Assembly (NCBI RefSeq): GCF_001194135.2
Contig: NC_068981.1
Span: 5,575,451 to 5,637,885, forward strand
DNA: 62,435 nucleotides
Source of the DNA: Octopus bimaculoides
Taxonomy: Eukaryota
Direction: 5' to 3'
A program made the translations under genes and the position numbers. How positions within the stretch are numbered: position 1 is the first letter of the stretch; every line of letters starts with the position of its first letter. Shown here one piece after another: positions 26,478 to 38,791 of the stretch. The notes beneath the pieces are model-generated. The model saw only the letters and a program-made list of their open reading frames with translations, made no database searches and was not told the origin of the DNA.

Positions 26478-27192
26478 TCAACTGGTGTTTAGGAAAAGTG
26501 AAATTGTGACCACGTGGCTGACCAGACTATTGGATAATGTTATACATCATCAGTCACAATGAATTTCACAAATGATGCCACCCCACTGGCTGGTCGAGTA
26601 GGCCAACATTTCCCCGAAGGTTAGTCTGTTGCAGGGTGACACATTTACAGCTGAATGGACTGGAGCAAAGTGAAGTGTTTTGCTGAAGAACACAAGACAC
26701 TACTGGTCTAGCAATTAATTTAAATTACCTCCTCAATGTCTTCAGCTCAGATTTCGATACAGGTAGTTGAAGTTTTCTCTTCTTGGTAACACATACTGAA
26801 GATGTTGAGGTAATTTAATTTAAATTAATTTATTTATTTTGCCAGTACAGAAACTGGTCCATGTGAGTCCTTATACTTAAATGTATATTAAGAGATTTTA
26901 TTAACCTAATCTGCTTTCGGTTGATTTCTATAGTTACCATCAGTGTATTTTTGGTGATTTAAATAAGAGTTTTGACTGTTATTTCCAGCAGGTAGACATA
27001 CTTAGTACGTCCTTTGATTAATTTTAATCCTGCAGCTATTAAATGCTTTTCTTGGGCCTGTGATAGCTTATATTATAAATTCTGTTATTATCATTTTTTT
27101 AAAGTCATTTCAGATGATAACAAAATTAATATCTTAGCAAATTAATTTCCAAGGATTTATATTTTTTCTCGCGAATTGTTTGTCCCTGTATG

Positions 27193-27231
<39 letters not shown>

Positions 27232-27361
27232 GGACAAACAATTCGCGAGAAAAAATATAAATTCATGAATTTGAAGATGCTGGTTCTCTTATGTGATGTT
27301 CAATGTCGCATGGTCGAATGTACATAGGTTTATTAGCATTTTCAAATTTATAATCTAGAAT

Positions 27362-27422
27362 ATCATGCTGAAGAGTGGAAGTGAATTTTTACAAAATTCT
27401 GATCCCGAAACGCGTCCATGAT
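27362..27422 (+). ncRNA. minimal type I hammerhead ribozyme (GUC site after 27416)
   Basis: ATCATG-CTGAAGA-(stem II containing GAATTTT/AAAATTC)-GAAAC-GC-GTC-CATGAT: 6-bp stem I, intact core, palindromic stem III ACGCGT. Confidence 0.85.
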
Positions 27423-27706
27423 TAACTAACGAAAGGTTTGTTATTTCTCTTCTTTTACCTATGTGAGTCATGAATATCGCTATCTGTTGGAGATATATTG
27501 TAGTAGTAGAATTAGTAGTTTAACTGCTATTTCTAAATTTTCGGTATGTTGGTGAAGCAACTTTTGCTGATCCCTAAATTATGTTTTATAATTATAAAAG
27601 TTTTACTGATAATGGTTTTTTGCATACCGAACTACTTGGCAGAATTATTAATTATTACTTTATTAATTAATTGACAATTCCATGCCCTATATCTATAATG
27701 ATATAT

Positions 27707-28192
27707 CATCATCATCATCGTTTAACGTCCGCTTTCCATGCTAGCATGGGTTGGACGATTTGACTGAGGACTGGTGAAACCGGATGGCAACACCAGGCTC
27801 CAGTCTAATTTGGCAGAGTTTCTACAGCTGGATGCCCTTCCTAACGCCAACCACTCAGAGAGTGTAGTGGGTGCTTTTACGTGTCACCCGCACGAAAACG
27901 GCCACGCTCGAAATGGTGTCTTTTATGTGCCACCCGCACAAGCCAGTCCAGGGGCACTGGCAACGATCTTGCTCGAAAATCCTACGGGAGCCAGTCAGGC
28001 GGTACTGGCAACGGCCACGCTCAAAATGGTGCATCTCATGTGCCACCTGCACAAGAACCAGTCCATGGGCACTGGCAACGATCTTACTTGGCTTGCAAGG
28101 TCTTCTCACGCACAGCACATTTCCAAAGGTCTCGGTCAGTAGTCATCGCCTCGGTGAGGCCCAATGTAGTCATCGCCTCGGTGAGGCCCAAT
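27707..28192 (-). mobile_element. young RTE 3'-end derived element with internal repeats and a 27-bp tandem duplication (28139-28192)
   Basis: Near-identical to 42251-42640. Confidence 0.85.
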
Positions 28193-28242
28193 ATATATAT
28201 ATATATATATATATCTGTAAAAATATGTGACAATTATTCAGT

Positions 28243-28297
28243 AGCCATGATAAAACTCAAGAGTTTCGGATGCCGCCATCTCTTCAGTTATCTGGCC
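28243..28297 (-). ncRNA. minimal type I hammerhead ribozyme (GUU site)
   Basis: GGCCA-GATAA-CTGAAGA-GATG/CATC-C-GAAAC-TCTTGA-GTT-TTATC-A-TGGCT: stem I ~10 bp with one bulge. Confidence 0.75.
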
Positions 28298-28598
28298 ATT
28301 GAAAATTCCTATGAAAATGACCGTTAAACAAAGGGAAATTACTGTGTAATTGACCGTTATTAAGACAAAAGAGCTATTAGAATGACCACTAAGTAAGGGA
28401 AGGATGAGTATATACATATAGGTGCATGTACTGATTGGTGCGCTTACGCGAATACTATGGACTTTTTTACTCCCTCCCCTTACTTTACGGTCATTCTAAT
28501 AGCTCTATTGTCTTAATAACGGTCAACCACACAGTAATTTCCCTTTGTTTAACAGTCATTTTCCTAGGAATTTTCAATGGCCGGATAACTGAAGAGAT

Positions 28599-28865
28599 AA
28601 TACAGTTCTATATTTAAGAGATGAGGAATTATTTACATTATTTACATTATTTACATTTGACGGATATTCGTCTTCATCTTGTTTGTTGTTAACACAACGT
28701 TTCGGGTGATATTCCCTCCAGCCTTCGATAGGAATGAGAACCCAGGTTCGAAATTTCCCCAAGACACCTGACGAAGGCTGGAGGGTATATCAGCCGAAAC
28801 GTTGTGTTAACAACAAACAAGATGAGGACGAATATCCGTCAAATGTAGATAATGTAAATAATGTA
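28599..28865. mobile_element. HHR-SINE foldback, locus 2
   Basis: TSD AACTGAAGAGAT at 28587-28598 and 28866-28877. Confidence 0.9.
28763..28808 (+). ncRNA. intact minimal type I HHR of the HHR-SINE
   Basis: GACAC-CTGACGA-A-GGCTG/CAGCC-GAAAC-GTT-GTGTT. Confidence 0.8.
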
Positions 28866-29018
28866 AACTGAAGAGATGTTTGGCGTGGGTTCCCACCCCG
28901 GCATCCAAAACTCGGAGTTGTATCATGGCTACCGAATAAGTGTCACATATTTTTACAGATAAATTCCTCTATTTACATAATATCGAGGTCTCTTTCTTTC
29001 TTTTGTTGTCTTTTCTAT

Positions 29019-29062
<44 letters not shown>

Positions 29063-29556
29063 CTGACAGGCCTCTTTCAGTTTTCATCTACCAAATCCAC
29101 TCACATGGCTTTGGTCAGCCTGTGGCTGTAGAAGACACTTTCTCAAGTTACCTTGCAGTGGGATTGAACCTGTGATCTTCTTAATTACACACCCACTCCT
29201 GCATATTTTTATTGTTATAAACTCACAACTTGTAATCTTATGTGATATCATATAAGTTCATAAAAAGAATCATAATTTCAGATTTAGGCCAGCAATTTTG
29301 AGGGGAGGGGCATAGTCGATTACATCACTCCCAAAGTTCTCAACTGGAATTTATTTCATCAAGTCCAAAACGATGAAAGGCAAAGTCGGCCTTTCTGGAA
29401 TTTGAACTTGGAATATAAATAGCTGGAAGAAAGGTTGCTTAGCATTTTATCCAGCATTAATAATTCTGCCAGATTGCTGCTTTCTGGATCTGGAAAATTC
29501 ACTGCAACACAAATTCATTGTATGGACAGTGATAAAGTGTATTACAGTAGCATTTT

Positions 29557-29937
29557 GTTTACATTATTTACATTTGACTGATATTTGTCCTCAACTTGTT
29601 TGTTAACACAACGTTTCGGCTGATATACCCTCCAGCCTTCATCAGGTGTTTTGGGGAAATTTCGAACCTGGGTTCTCAGTCCTAAGGTGTTTTCTGATGT
29701 CATTATTATTATTATTATTATTATTCAGGTCACTGCCTGGAATCGAACTCAGACCTGAATAATAATATCGAAAAATACCTTAAGAATGAGAACCCAGGTT
29801 TGAAATTTCCCCAAGATACCTGATGAAGGCTGGAGGCTATATCAGCCGAAATGTTGTGTTAACAACAAACAAGATGAGAACAAATATCCGTCAAATGTAA
29901 ATAATGTAAATAATTCCTCATCTCTTAAATATAGAAC
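29557..29937. mobile_element. HHR-SINE foldback, locus 3
   Basis: TSD AGCATTTT at 29549-29556 and 29938-29945; HHR on both arms (29605-29650 minus, 29815-29860 plus). Confidence 0.9.
29605..29650 (-). ncRNA. intact minimal type I HHR of the HHR-SINE
   Basis: AACAC-CTGATGA-A-GGCTG/CAGCC-GAAAC-GTT-GTGTT with a perfect 5-bp stem I. Confidence 0.8.
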
Positions 29938-31306
29938 AGCATTTTTTTAAATAAAATAAAAATGATTGATAAAATTTCTTTATAAAAGCATTTAATAGGC
30001 AAGTCTTTATTCAATGTCAAACATTAAGAAAACGTGATGAAGCTATTTAAAATGAAATGTCTTATGGCGAATTTTAGGCAAAAACGTTCACAGCAAAATT
30101 TCCTACAACCACTGCCATAATAATTCTTTCTGTAATAGGTACAAGGCTAGAAATTTTGAGGTGTCTAGTTGATTAGATTAAGCCCAGTATTCAACTGGTA
30201 CTTTATCAACCCTGAAAGAATGAAAGGTAAAGTTGGCTTCAATGGGATTTGAGATTGGAAGAGACATTTTGTCCAACACCCAAATTGTATTAGTGCCAGT
30301 GGCACATGGAAAGCACTCGATAAGCAGGGCAAGGCGGTTGGCATTAAGAATGGCAACCTGCCAAAGCTTACACTGGTACAGGAGGCCACCCTGTGGCACA
30401 AAGGATTCTCCCAAACCATTCAACCCTTACTTGTAAGCTTTGGCAGGTACTGTTGTCTGTTTTTGCCTGGTTTTTATGGCTTGCAGCCCTTCCTAATGCC
30501 AACCACTTTACAGAGTGTGCTGGGTGCTTTTTATATCACACCATCACCTGTTTAGTTATAGATTATTGGAGTTCATAACATCTGATACAACCATTGCATA
30601 TAGATCCTGGTAATCCCTTGTACGTCAGTTTTACTGCTGGAATAATGTCAGCCTCCACCCACCCCGTCATCATCATTTAACGTCTGCCTTCCATGCTGGT
30701 ATGGGTGGGATGATTTGACAGGAGCTGGTCAAGAAGAAGCCTACACTAGACTTCTCTGTTTTGGCAGGATTTTTACAACTGGATGCCCTTCCAAACGCCA
30801 ACCACTCAGTAGAGTGGACTTAGTGCTTTTTATGTGGCACCTGCACTGACAGGGTCACCAAGTATCTTGCATGACACAAAAAACATCTTTTGAGAGGAGG
30901 AGGGGGCATTGGAGGAGATCTTATTCATATTGCTTTGAATTAATCCTGCATTATCTTGTAGCATCAAAAATTTGTTGATGTATGTTTATTAGAATGACAT
31001 TGTCCGGTAGGTGTGAAAGGCTGAATCTGGCCAGTTTGAACATAAAACAGGTAGAGTACATTGGCCCAACATAGCGGGTTTAAATGCTAAACGAAAAATA
31101 TACAAACATCAAAGCCATCATCATTTGTGGCAAGACACAAAGCAAACCCAATGTGAATTTGTCTGATTCCTTAAAAGCAACTAAAATTTTTGATTTTCAG
31201 TTTAACCAAAAATACTCCCTTAAAGAAATACGATTTCTTGGTCACATTGTGAAGAAATAGAACATTGATTGGCTCTGATGCAAAAGGCCATGCTAGGAAT
31301 ATCAGT

Positions 31307-31765
31307 CATCATCATCGTTGTTTAACATCTGCTTTCTATGCTAGCATGCGTTGGACGATTTGACTGAGGACTGGTGAACCGGATGGCTACACCAGGCTCC
31401 AATCTGATCTGGCAAAGTTTCTACAGCTGGATGCCCTTCCTAATGCCAACCACTCCAAGAGTGTAGTGGGTGCTTTTACGTGCCACTGGCACGAGGGCCA
31501 GTCAGGTGGTTCTGGCAATGACCACGCTCAAAATGGTGTATTTTACGTGCCACCTGCACAGGAGCCAGTCCAGCAGCACTGGCAACGACCTCGCTCGAAT
31601 GTTTCTTCACGTGCCAGTAAGGCGATGCTGGTAACGATCACGCTCAAATGGTGCTATTTATGTGCCACTGGCACGGAAGCCAGACAGCTGCTCTGGCAAC
31701 GATCACGCTCGGATGGTGCTCTTAGCGCTCCACTGGCACAGGTGAGTAAGGTGATGCTGGTAACG
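31307..31765 (-). mobile_element. RTE 3'-end derived repeat with internal tandem subunits
   Basis: Same family as 27707 and 42251. Confidence 0.8.
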
Positions 31766-32045
31766 ATCAGATTAAGAGAACATATTCAGAATGAGATAAT
31801 TAGGGAATGGAGTGGAGTAAACAATGTGATCGCAGAGTACCGAAAGCCTAAGTTCTGCTGAGTCAGACATGATGCAAGGTTCACATACAACAGGTGGAGC
31901 CATGCAGTTGCCAAATGGTATCCAAGAAATCAGAAAAGGCCTTCATAATGATCAGATGATGATTTGGTCAAACAATTTGGATCCAGATGGAAAAGAATGG
32001 CACAATTAAGACAGAATGGGAAGCGCATTGTAATCAGTGGTGTGT
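31745..32045 (+). mobile_element. second RTE-type LINE C-terminal fragment
   Basis: IRLREHIQNEIIREWSGV...RWSHAVAKWYPRNQKRP...DDLVKQFGSRWKRMAQ motif. Confidence 0.7.
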
Positions 32046-33947
32046 AACAGCTTTGGTACTGTGATACTCAATTATAAAGAAATGGTACATTAACACCAAA
32101 AGACTCCATAGTTGGGAAGCAAGCTTCTTAATCAGTCACATTTACAGCTATAAGATCTCAGCCATGGCTGATGCCAGTGTCGCATAATTGGCCCATTTAA
32201 AAGTACCCTTTAACCATTGGGTGATAAGATGTGCTTGAGAAGACCTGTTGAGTCAAGTGAAATCAAAATCATAGTCGTAGCCAGTGCCACCTGACTGGCA
32301 CCCGTGCTGGTGGCACGTAATAAGCACCATTTGTGCGGGGGTCGATGCCAGTGCCGCCCAACTGGTTCCCCGTGCTGATGGCACATAAAAAGCACCCACT
32401 ACACTCTCAGAGTGGTTGGTGTTAGGAAGGGCATCCAGCTGTAGAAACCATGCCAGCTCAGACTGGAGCCCGGTGCAGCCTCCTGGCTTCCCAGACCCCA
32501 GTCAAACCATCCAACCCATGCCAGCATGGAAAGTGGACGTTAAACGATGATGATGATGATGATGAATATAGGAGGAATGTTACTTACCTGGAACACTACT
32601 TTAAAATGATTTTACTTTATCATGGTTAGAAATATTCCTTTCTCTCTGCAAATGTTATGTGTTTCCAAGGTAGTTCTTCCGTCACACTTTAACCCCTCAT
32701 CTCTTAGTCTAAATCTACACCTCTTCTTACTGTAGCCGCAGTCAAAGGCAACCTTTATCATGAAGGCTGCATGGTGACCTCACAAGTGCTGGTATCATGA
32801 AAAAAATAAGTGACCAGTCCACTCTGTAAAGTGGTTGGCATTAGGCTGGGCATCCAGCTGTGGAAACCATGTCAAAATAGACATTGGAGTAGAATGCAAT
32901 CATCTGATCTATTCGATCCTATCAAACCATCCAATCCATACGAACATGGAAGACATGTTAAAAGGTGATGATGATGATGATAATTCAAAGACAAGACTGT
33001 GAAGTTGAGACCAGAAATTATAAGCTGATACTTTGAGCCAAAGAAAAAGACATTACGAGACTCTGTGGACAGAGACCTTTGGAGGCCAGTTATTTTGTGT
33101 GGTGTGTGTGTGTGTGGAGAGAGCTTCAAGTGATTCATGTAACATTGACAATGAAAGTTTATTAAAACAAGATGTCAGGTATTAAAATTTTATTACATTA
33201 CAAAATAATTCTGATATGCAGGTAATTTTTTTAAAAATAGTTTATTCCGAAATGTAGTTCCATATTTTACACCAAAGTCAACTATTAACAAATGGAGGGT
33301 GTGGGTCACATACACACATATATTACACACACACACACAGAGTTCCTATTTCGTTCCACTTTTCCAATCATTCATCTGATTCATGGATTTTCAACCCACA
33401 CTCTTTTGGGTTTTTTCCTTTATTTATTTATTTTTTTTGTATTTTTAAAATTTCTACAAACAGTGATTGACTTCAAATATATTTGAACAATCAAAGAAAC
33501 CATAAAACTATACAATGTTGTCCACAGATTACAGACCATGGATCATACAAAATCGGAATCCCTCACATGATAAATTTAACCTCTTCAAATTTTTTTATCA
33601 CCAGAATTTATATTTTTCATTTTTATTAGAAGAGAAAGCTGAACGACAGAGGTTTGGAAAATATTGTTCTCTTCCTAAAAAAAAAAATCTACCATATTAA
33701 TTCAGTTTAAATATAATTAAAAGAGTAACATTTGATTAATTAATGTGTTGAATGATGGGGAAACATGTAACAGACTGAAGCAAAGGCCCCCCCTTCCACC
33801 AAAATGAACAATCCTCTTCAAAGTACAAACATACACATAACATTCTCTATCTTAGCAGTTCATGTTTATTCTTATCTTAATTGATCCTAACTTAGAGAAT
33901 GAGATGTGTTCTAGTTCTGTTATACACACACACACATACATATATAC

Positions 33948-33997
<50 letters not shown>

Positions 33998-34212
33998 TAA
34001 CATAGGGTAAAAATCATATATTAATTAATATCGATTAATTACCAGGAAGCTAGCACATTTAAAGAACCAAAGAGATTCAGAAACAATATCTGCAATCTCA
34101 GGGGATTAAAGTATATTTTTATATATAACGTTTTGAGAACAATTTAGGTCTTAGTAGACACAAGATGTGATCTATTTCTAGCACATTGAATGTCCACGTT
34201 AGTGGTCAACGT

Positions 34213-34260
<48 letters not shown>

Positions 34261-34842
34261 AACATACATAAATACATATATATATATAAATACATACATA
34301 CATATATAAATACATATATAAATATATATATACATATATAAATACATATATACATATATAAATACATATATATACATATATAAATACATAATATATATAT
34401 ATATATATAGATATATATAATATACCTATAGATATATATAATATACATATAGATAGTAACCGACTAAGGGATAAAATATTCATATATACTATTGGTATAC
34501 ATGTTGCCCGTGTTATCCCCGGGCAGTGGTATGCAGGCACACTATGCTCGTAGAGTACAGGTAACAACAGAATAAAACGTTTATCAGGAAACAAATATAA
34601 ATAATCAGAAAATGGAGAAAACCTCAGAATTTTATTTTTGCAATTATTTGTAAATACTGATCAGCACTGGATGCAGAAACAGCCGTAAGATCTGTTATGT
34701 CACATAAATGTTATGCCATGATTTGTATTAAATAATAAGCAATAAATGTGGTCCAATTGATGTGTTTGTTGATCTGAAGTTTCCTCCATTTTCTGATTAT
34801 TTATATATATATAAAAATACACACGCACATATATATATATAC

Positions 34843-34985
34843 CTTGCCAACATATGTGAGAGATTTACATGAAGTAAGGGTGGATGTTTTCAAGAAACAA
34901 TTTGACCTCTTGCTGTCCAATGTCCTGGATGAACCTATAGCACAGCAAGAAACTGAAAAGAAGGACAGCAATATCGAACTACCTC
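34843..34985 (+). mobile_element. CR1/L2-type LINE ORF2 extreme C-terminus
   Basis: LPTYVRDLHEVRVDVFKKQFDLLLSNVLDEP. Confidence 0.65.
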
Positions 34986-35101
34986 TTTCAGCAAAAGCAA
35001 TTATAAAAGAATGGCAATTGAAAAGGTGACGATGTTGGCAATGCCCCAGCATGGCCACAGTCTTTGGGCTGAAACACAAAGAATGAATATATATACATAT
35101 G

Positions 35102-35197
<96 letters not shown>

Positions 35198-35701
35198 GTT
35201 ACTTTATTAACACTCAAAATTTCATTATGCAGATGCAGTTTGGTGCTAAGGAGAAGCATGACTGATGCAGCTTCTTCATAAGGCAACTGCAAGAGATGTG
35301 TTTAGCCAAAAATAAACTGCTGTACTTGATATTTGTTGACATGGAAAAGCGTTTGATAGGGTCCCTCACTCCCTGATCTGCTGGTTGCTGTGGAAGCTAG
35401 TGGTAGATGAGTGGCTGGTGAGAGCCATCCAAGCCATGTACAGGAGTGCTGGCAGTAAGGTGGCAGATAGGAATTCACCAAGACTTGGTTCTCTTGCTTA
35501 TTGTAGTTCTCCAGGCTATAACAGGTAACAGAGGAATTTAAAACTGGCTACCCACAGGAGCTTGCTGAATCTATAGTAGAGTTAGAGAAGAAATTTCAGG
35601 TGTAGAAGCAAGGCCTAGAATCAAAGGGCTTTAGACACTAAGATTAACTTTAATCTAGAGTTAATCTAGCAAAAGTACTAGTGAGCAGGAAAGCAGACAT
35701 C

Positions 35702-35813
35702 TTAAAATATTGTCAGCGTATTTCACTACTACGGCTACTAGAAGACCACCGAAGGACTGTAAACAAATTGCTAACCACACAACCCAGTTGTAACCAAAGA
35801 CGAAACCTTTCTC
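35702..35813 (-). pseudogene. 112-bp copy of the SLC35A2 exon segment 38326-38437
   Basis: 107/112 identical; encodes EKGFVFGYNWVVWLAICLQSFGGLLVAVVVKYADNIL; no splice sites or start codon. Confidence 0.95.
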
Positions 35814-36115
35814 CAATCCCTTCAGTGAAATATCTTTGCTTGATATGGAGAAAAGATGAAGGTGGAAATTCCATACTGTATGCCCCATGAAAGCTATGGA
35901 TACATAAGAGGTGCAGGAAAAATAAACACCAAGAACACACAGGAAATAGATTTTCCCTAATTCCTAGAGATATCCTTAGAGGTAGTAGATAGTTTCTGTT
36001 ACCTAGGTGACCAAATTAACTATGGAGGAGGATGCTCTGAAATCATAGTTGCTCAAATAAAAACCAGCTGGGCAAAGTTCAGAGAACTATTGTCCTTTGT
36101 TGGTAACAAAATGTT

Positions 36116-36549
36116 CCTTACAGTTCTATATTTAAAAGATGAGGAATTATGTACAATATTTACATTTGACGGATATTTGTCCTCATCTTGTTTGTTGTTA
36201 ACAAGTTTCGGCTGATATACCCTCCAGCCTTCATCAGGTGTCTTGGGGAAACTTAGAACCTGGGTTCTCATTCCTAAGGTATTTTTCATTATTATTATTA
36301 TTATTCAAGTCACTGCCTGGAATCAAACTTGGAATCTTGGCGTAGTGGTTAAGAGCGTGGGCTACTAACCCCAAGATTCCGAGTTCAATTCCAGGCAGTG
36401 ACCTAAATAATAACAACATCGAAAAATACCTTAAGAATGAGAACCCAGGCTGGATGAAGGCTAATGAAGGCTGGAGGGTATATCAGCCGAAATGTTGTGT
36501 TAACAACAAACAAGATGAGGACAAATATCCGTCAGAATGTAAATAATGT
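36116..36549. mobile_element. HHR-SINE foldback, locus 4 (inside the RTE)
   Basis: TSD AAAATGTT at 36108-36115 and 36550-36557; right arm carries the tRNA-like head; both HHRs degenerate. Confidence 0.85.
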
Positions 36550-37779
36550 AAAATGTTTCTTCCTCAGAGTGAAAAGCAGATTGTATGATGCTTGAGGATG
36601 AACAGCTATGCTACATGGTGGTGAAACATGAACTGTGACTTCAGAGGACATGTGGAGGCTTGAAAGAAATGAAGCCAGCATGTTCTGTGGGATGCACAAT
36701 GTCAGTGAACATGTATAATGAAGTGTAAATGCGTTGAGAAAAAAAATACTCGATATAATAAGCATCAAATGTATTATGTTTACGTGATGCATGTGGATGA
36801 AGGCAGCAGCATGACGAAATGCCAATCACTTAATATGGAGAGAACTTGTGGAAGAGCAAGACCCAGGAGGATGCAGGATGAAGTGGTGAAAGAAGATCAT
36901 CAGATGACAAAGGACAGAGATGATTGGCAATTGGCTGTACCTGAAATGACTCATCCAGGTAAATAAAATCGAGACTATAAAGGTATGTCATTTATGTTCA
37001 CGAATCATAAGGCTAGGCTAACAATCTGGATAGTGCAATGCCCTCAATACTAGTCCCCACCTCCACTTGAGGGGGTTTTTGTCTTGTAAAGAACTTGGTG
37101 AGCCTGTCGGTGCTGGTGCCATGTAAAAAGCACTCAGTCCACACTGTAAAGTGGTTGGCATTAGGAAGGGCATCCAGCTGTAGGAACCATGCCAGAACAG
37201 GCTATGGAACCTGGTGTGGCTCTCAGCCTTACCAGTGCCTATGAAATCATCCAACCCATGCCAGCATGGAAAACTGATGATGATGATTTTTAGTCATGTT
37301 GAGAAAGAGGGAAACTATGAGGTTTTCTAGAGAAATGAAAGACAACAATGCACATCACATTCACCATCGTCATTTAATATCGTCCTTCCACACTGGCATG
37401 CAAAGGACGGTTTCTTTATAATTCATTTGTTTCAGTCGTTAGACTGTGGCCATGCTGGGGCATCACCTTGGAGAATTTTAGTCAGACACATCAACCCCAG
37501 TACTTATTCTTTTTAAAGCCTGGTACTCATCCTACTAGTCTCTTTTGCTAAACTGCTAGGTCACAGGGATGTAAACAAACCAACACCAGTTGTCAAATGG
37601 TAGAAGGGGCAGACACAGACACAAAGATATGCACATACACATACACACGCAATGGGCTTTCAGTTTCCATCAATCAAATACACTCACAAAGCTTTGGTCA
37701 GCCCAGTGTCACACAGTGGGACTGAACCTGGAATCAAGTGTTTGGGAGATAAACTTCTTACAACAGAGCCACATCTGCA

Positions 37780-37839
<60 letters not shown>

Positions 37840-38173
37840 TGAAGTTGTCAAATTGGCATAAATGCTGGGATCATATGAAACAATGTATGACCTAATTGAG
37901 GAGATTTTTAATAGAGCTAATTAGTTTTATCGCATGTAATTGTTGTCAATTAATAATAAATGATGTCTTTGCCTTTTCGTTTTCTTCTTCCAGAAGTTTC
38001 ATTATGAAAAAAAAAAACCCATTTAAAAAATGTCTTCCCATCATGCAATGGCCACTGAAAAAAGTCTTCCCACCATGCAATATCCCCATGAACACATTAT
38101 TTTCTGTTTAAATAAATACATAAAAAAATGCCTTTGTGTTTGTTGTTAACAACTGATTGTCATTGTCATTGGT

Positions 38174-38791
38174 TTACTGGGTCACAATTGCGTATTTGCT
38201 GTACATATAGACAGAACAAATGACTAAACTAGCTCCCGTTACAAACTGTATGGTTAGCTGGAAGTCAAAGAAATATATTGAAACAATGCATGATATAATG
38301 ATGGCTGCTGATGTAGCAAAACCTTTTAAGATATTGTCAGCGTATTTCACTACTACGGCTACTAGAAGACCACCGAAGGACTGTAAACAAATTGCTAACC
38401 ACACAACCCAGTCGTAACCGAAGAAGAATCCTTTCTCTTTTACTTGAAATCCGTCTTTAATTTCCATTGTGATTAATCCAATGATGGTTCCTAGAAAGCC
38501 AAGTTGAACATTGCGAAGCCATAAATTTGGTTTGGTTCCTTTTAGAATTTTTTCAAAGTAGACTCCAGCAAAACCAGACATTATACAGGAGATGATTACA
38601 GCAACGAGCCCTTTTAGGGGTTGTTGTGTTGTCGAAGCAGCAGACTTTGTAGATGATGTCGGTTGGAGTTGTACAAACGAGACCCCCATGAACAAGATGA
38701 CCAGCGAGATCCATTGCATGCGACTAAGCTTTTTGTTCAACATAAACACTGAGAACATGGCTGTAGTCAGTATTTTTAGTTGATATGTGAC
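38174..38791 (-). CDS. SLC35A2: UDP-galactose transporter, last recognised coding exon (205 aa plus stop)
   Basis: Acceptor ctctttcag|GTC. VTYQLKILTTAMFS, SGFAGVYFEKILK, GFFFGY and GGLLVAVVVKYADNILKGFATS match the SLC35A family and specifically SLC35A2/Ugalt. TAA at 38176-38174. Confidence 0.95.
   Translation of the reverse strand, partial: VTYQLKILTTAMFSVFMLNKKLSRMQWISLVILFMGVSFVQLQPTSSTKSAASTTQQPLKGLVAVIISCIMSGFAGVYFEKILKGTKPNLWLRNVQLGFLGTIIGLITMEIKDGFQVKEKGFFFGYDWVVWLAICLQSFGGLLVAVVVKYADNILKGFATSAAIIISCIVSIYFFDFQLTIQFVTGASLVICSVYMYSKYAIVTQ

Larger units (their letters stand above)
28243..28930. mobile_element. second HHR-bearing foldback family, right arm interrupted by an HHR-SINE
   Basis: 28243-28412 is the reverse complement of 28468-28598 plus 28878-28930. 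Confidence 0.8.
35320..36960 (+). mobile_element. degenerate RTE LINE ORF2, carrying two later insertions
   Basis: FVDMEK.FD, EKKFQV.KQ.LESKG, DSFCYLGDQI, QLCYMVVKH motifs; colinear with the copy at 53255-54235. Confidence 0.8.

Noticed and set aside
34144-34594. YIYI-rich ORFs
   Set aside because: Translations of AT microsatellites.
34657-34691. CTGATCA-GCA/TGC-A-GAAAC-AGCC-GTA HHR-like motif between ~30-bp inverted repeats
   Set aside because: G8 is mutated and stems I and III do not pair; a possible decayed relative of the 2861 family, not callable.
35661-35888. A second SLC35 paralogous gene
   Set aside because: Only 112 bp is homologous, the flanks are RTE sequence and there are no splice sites.
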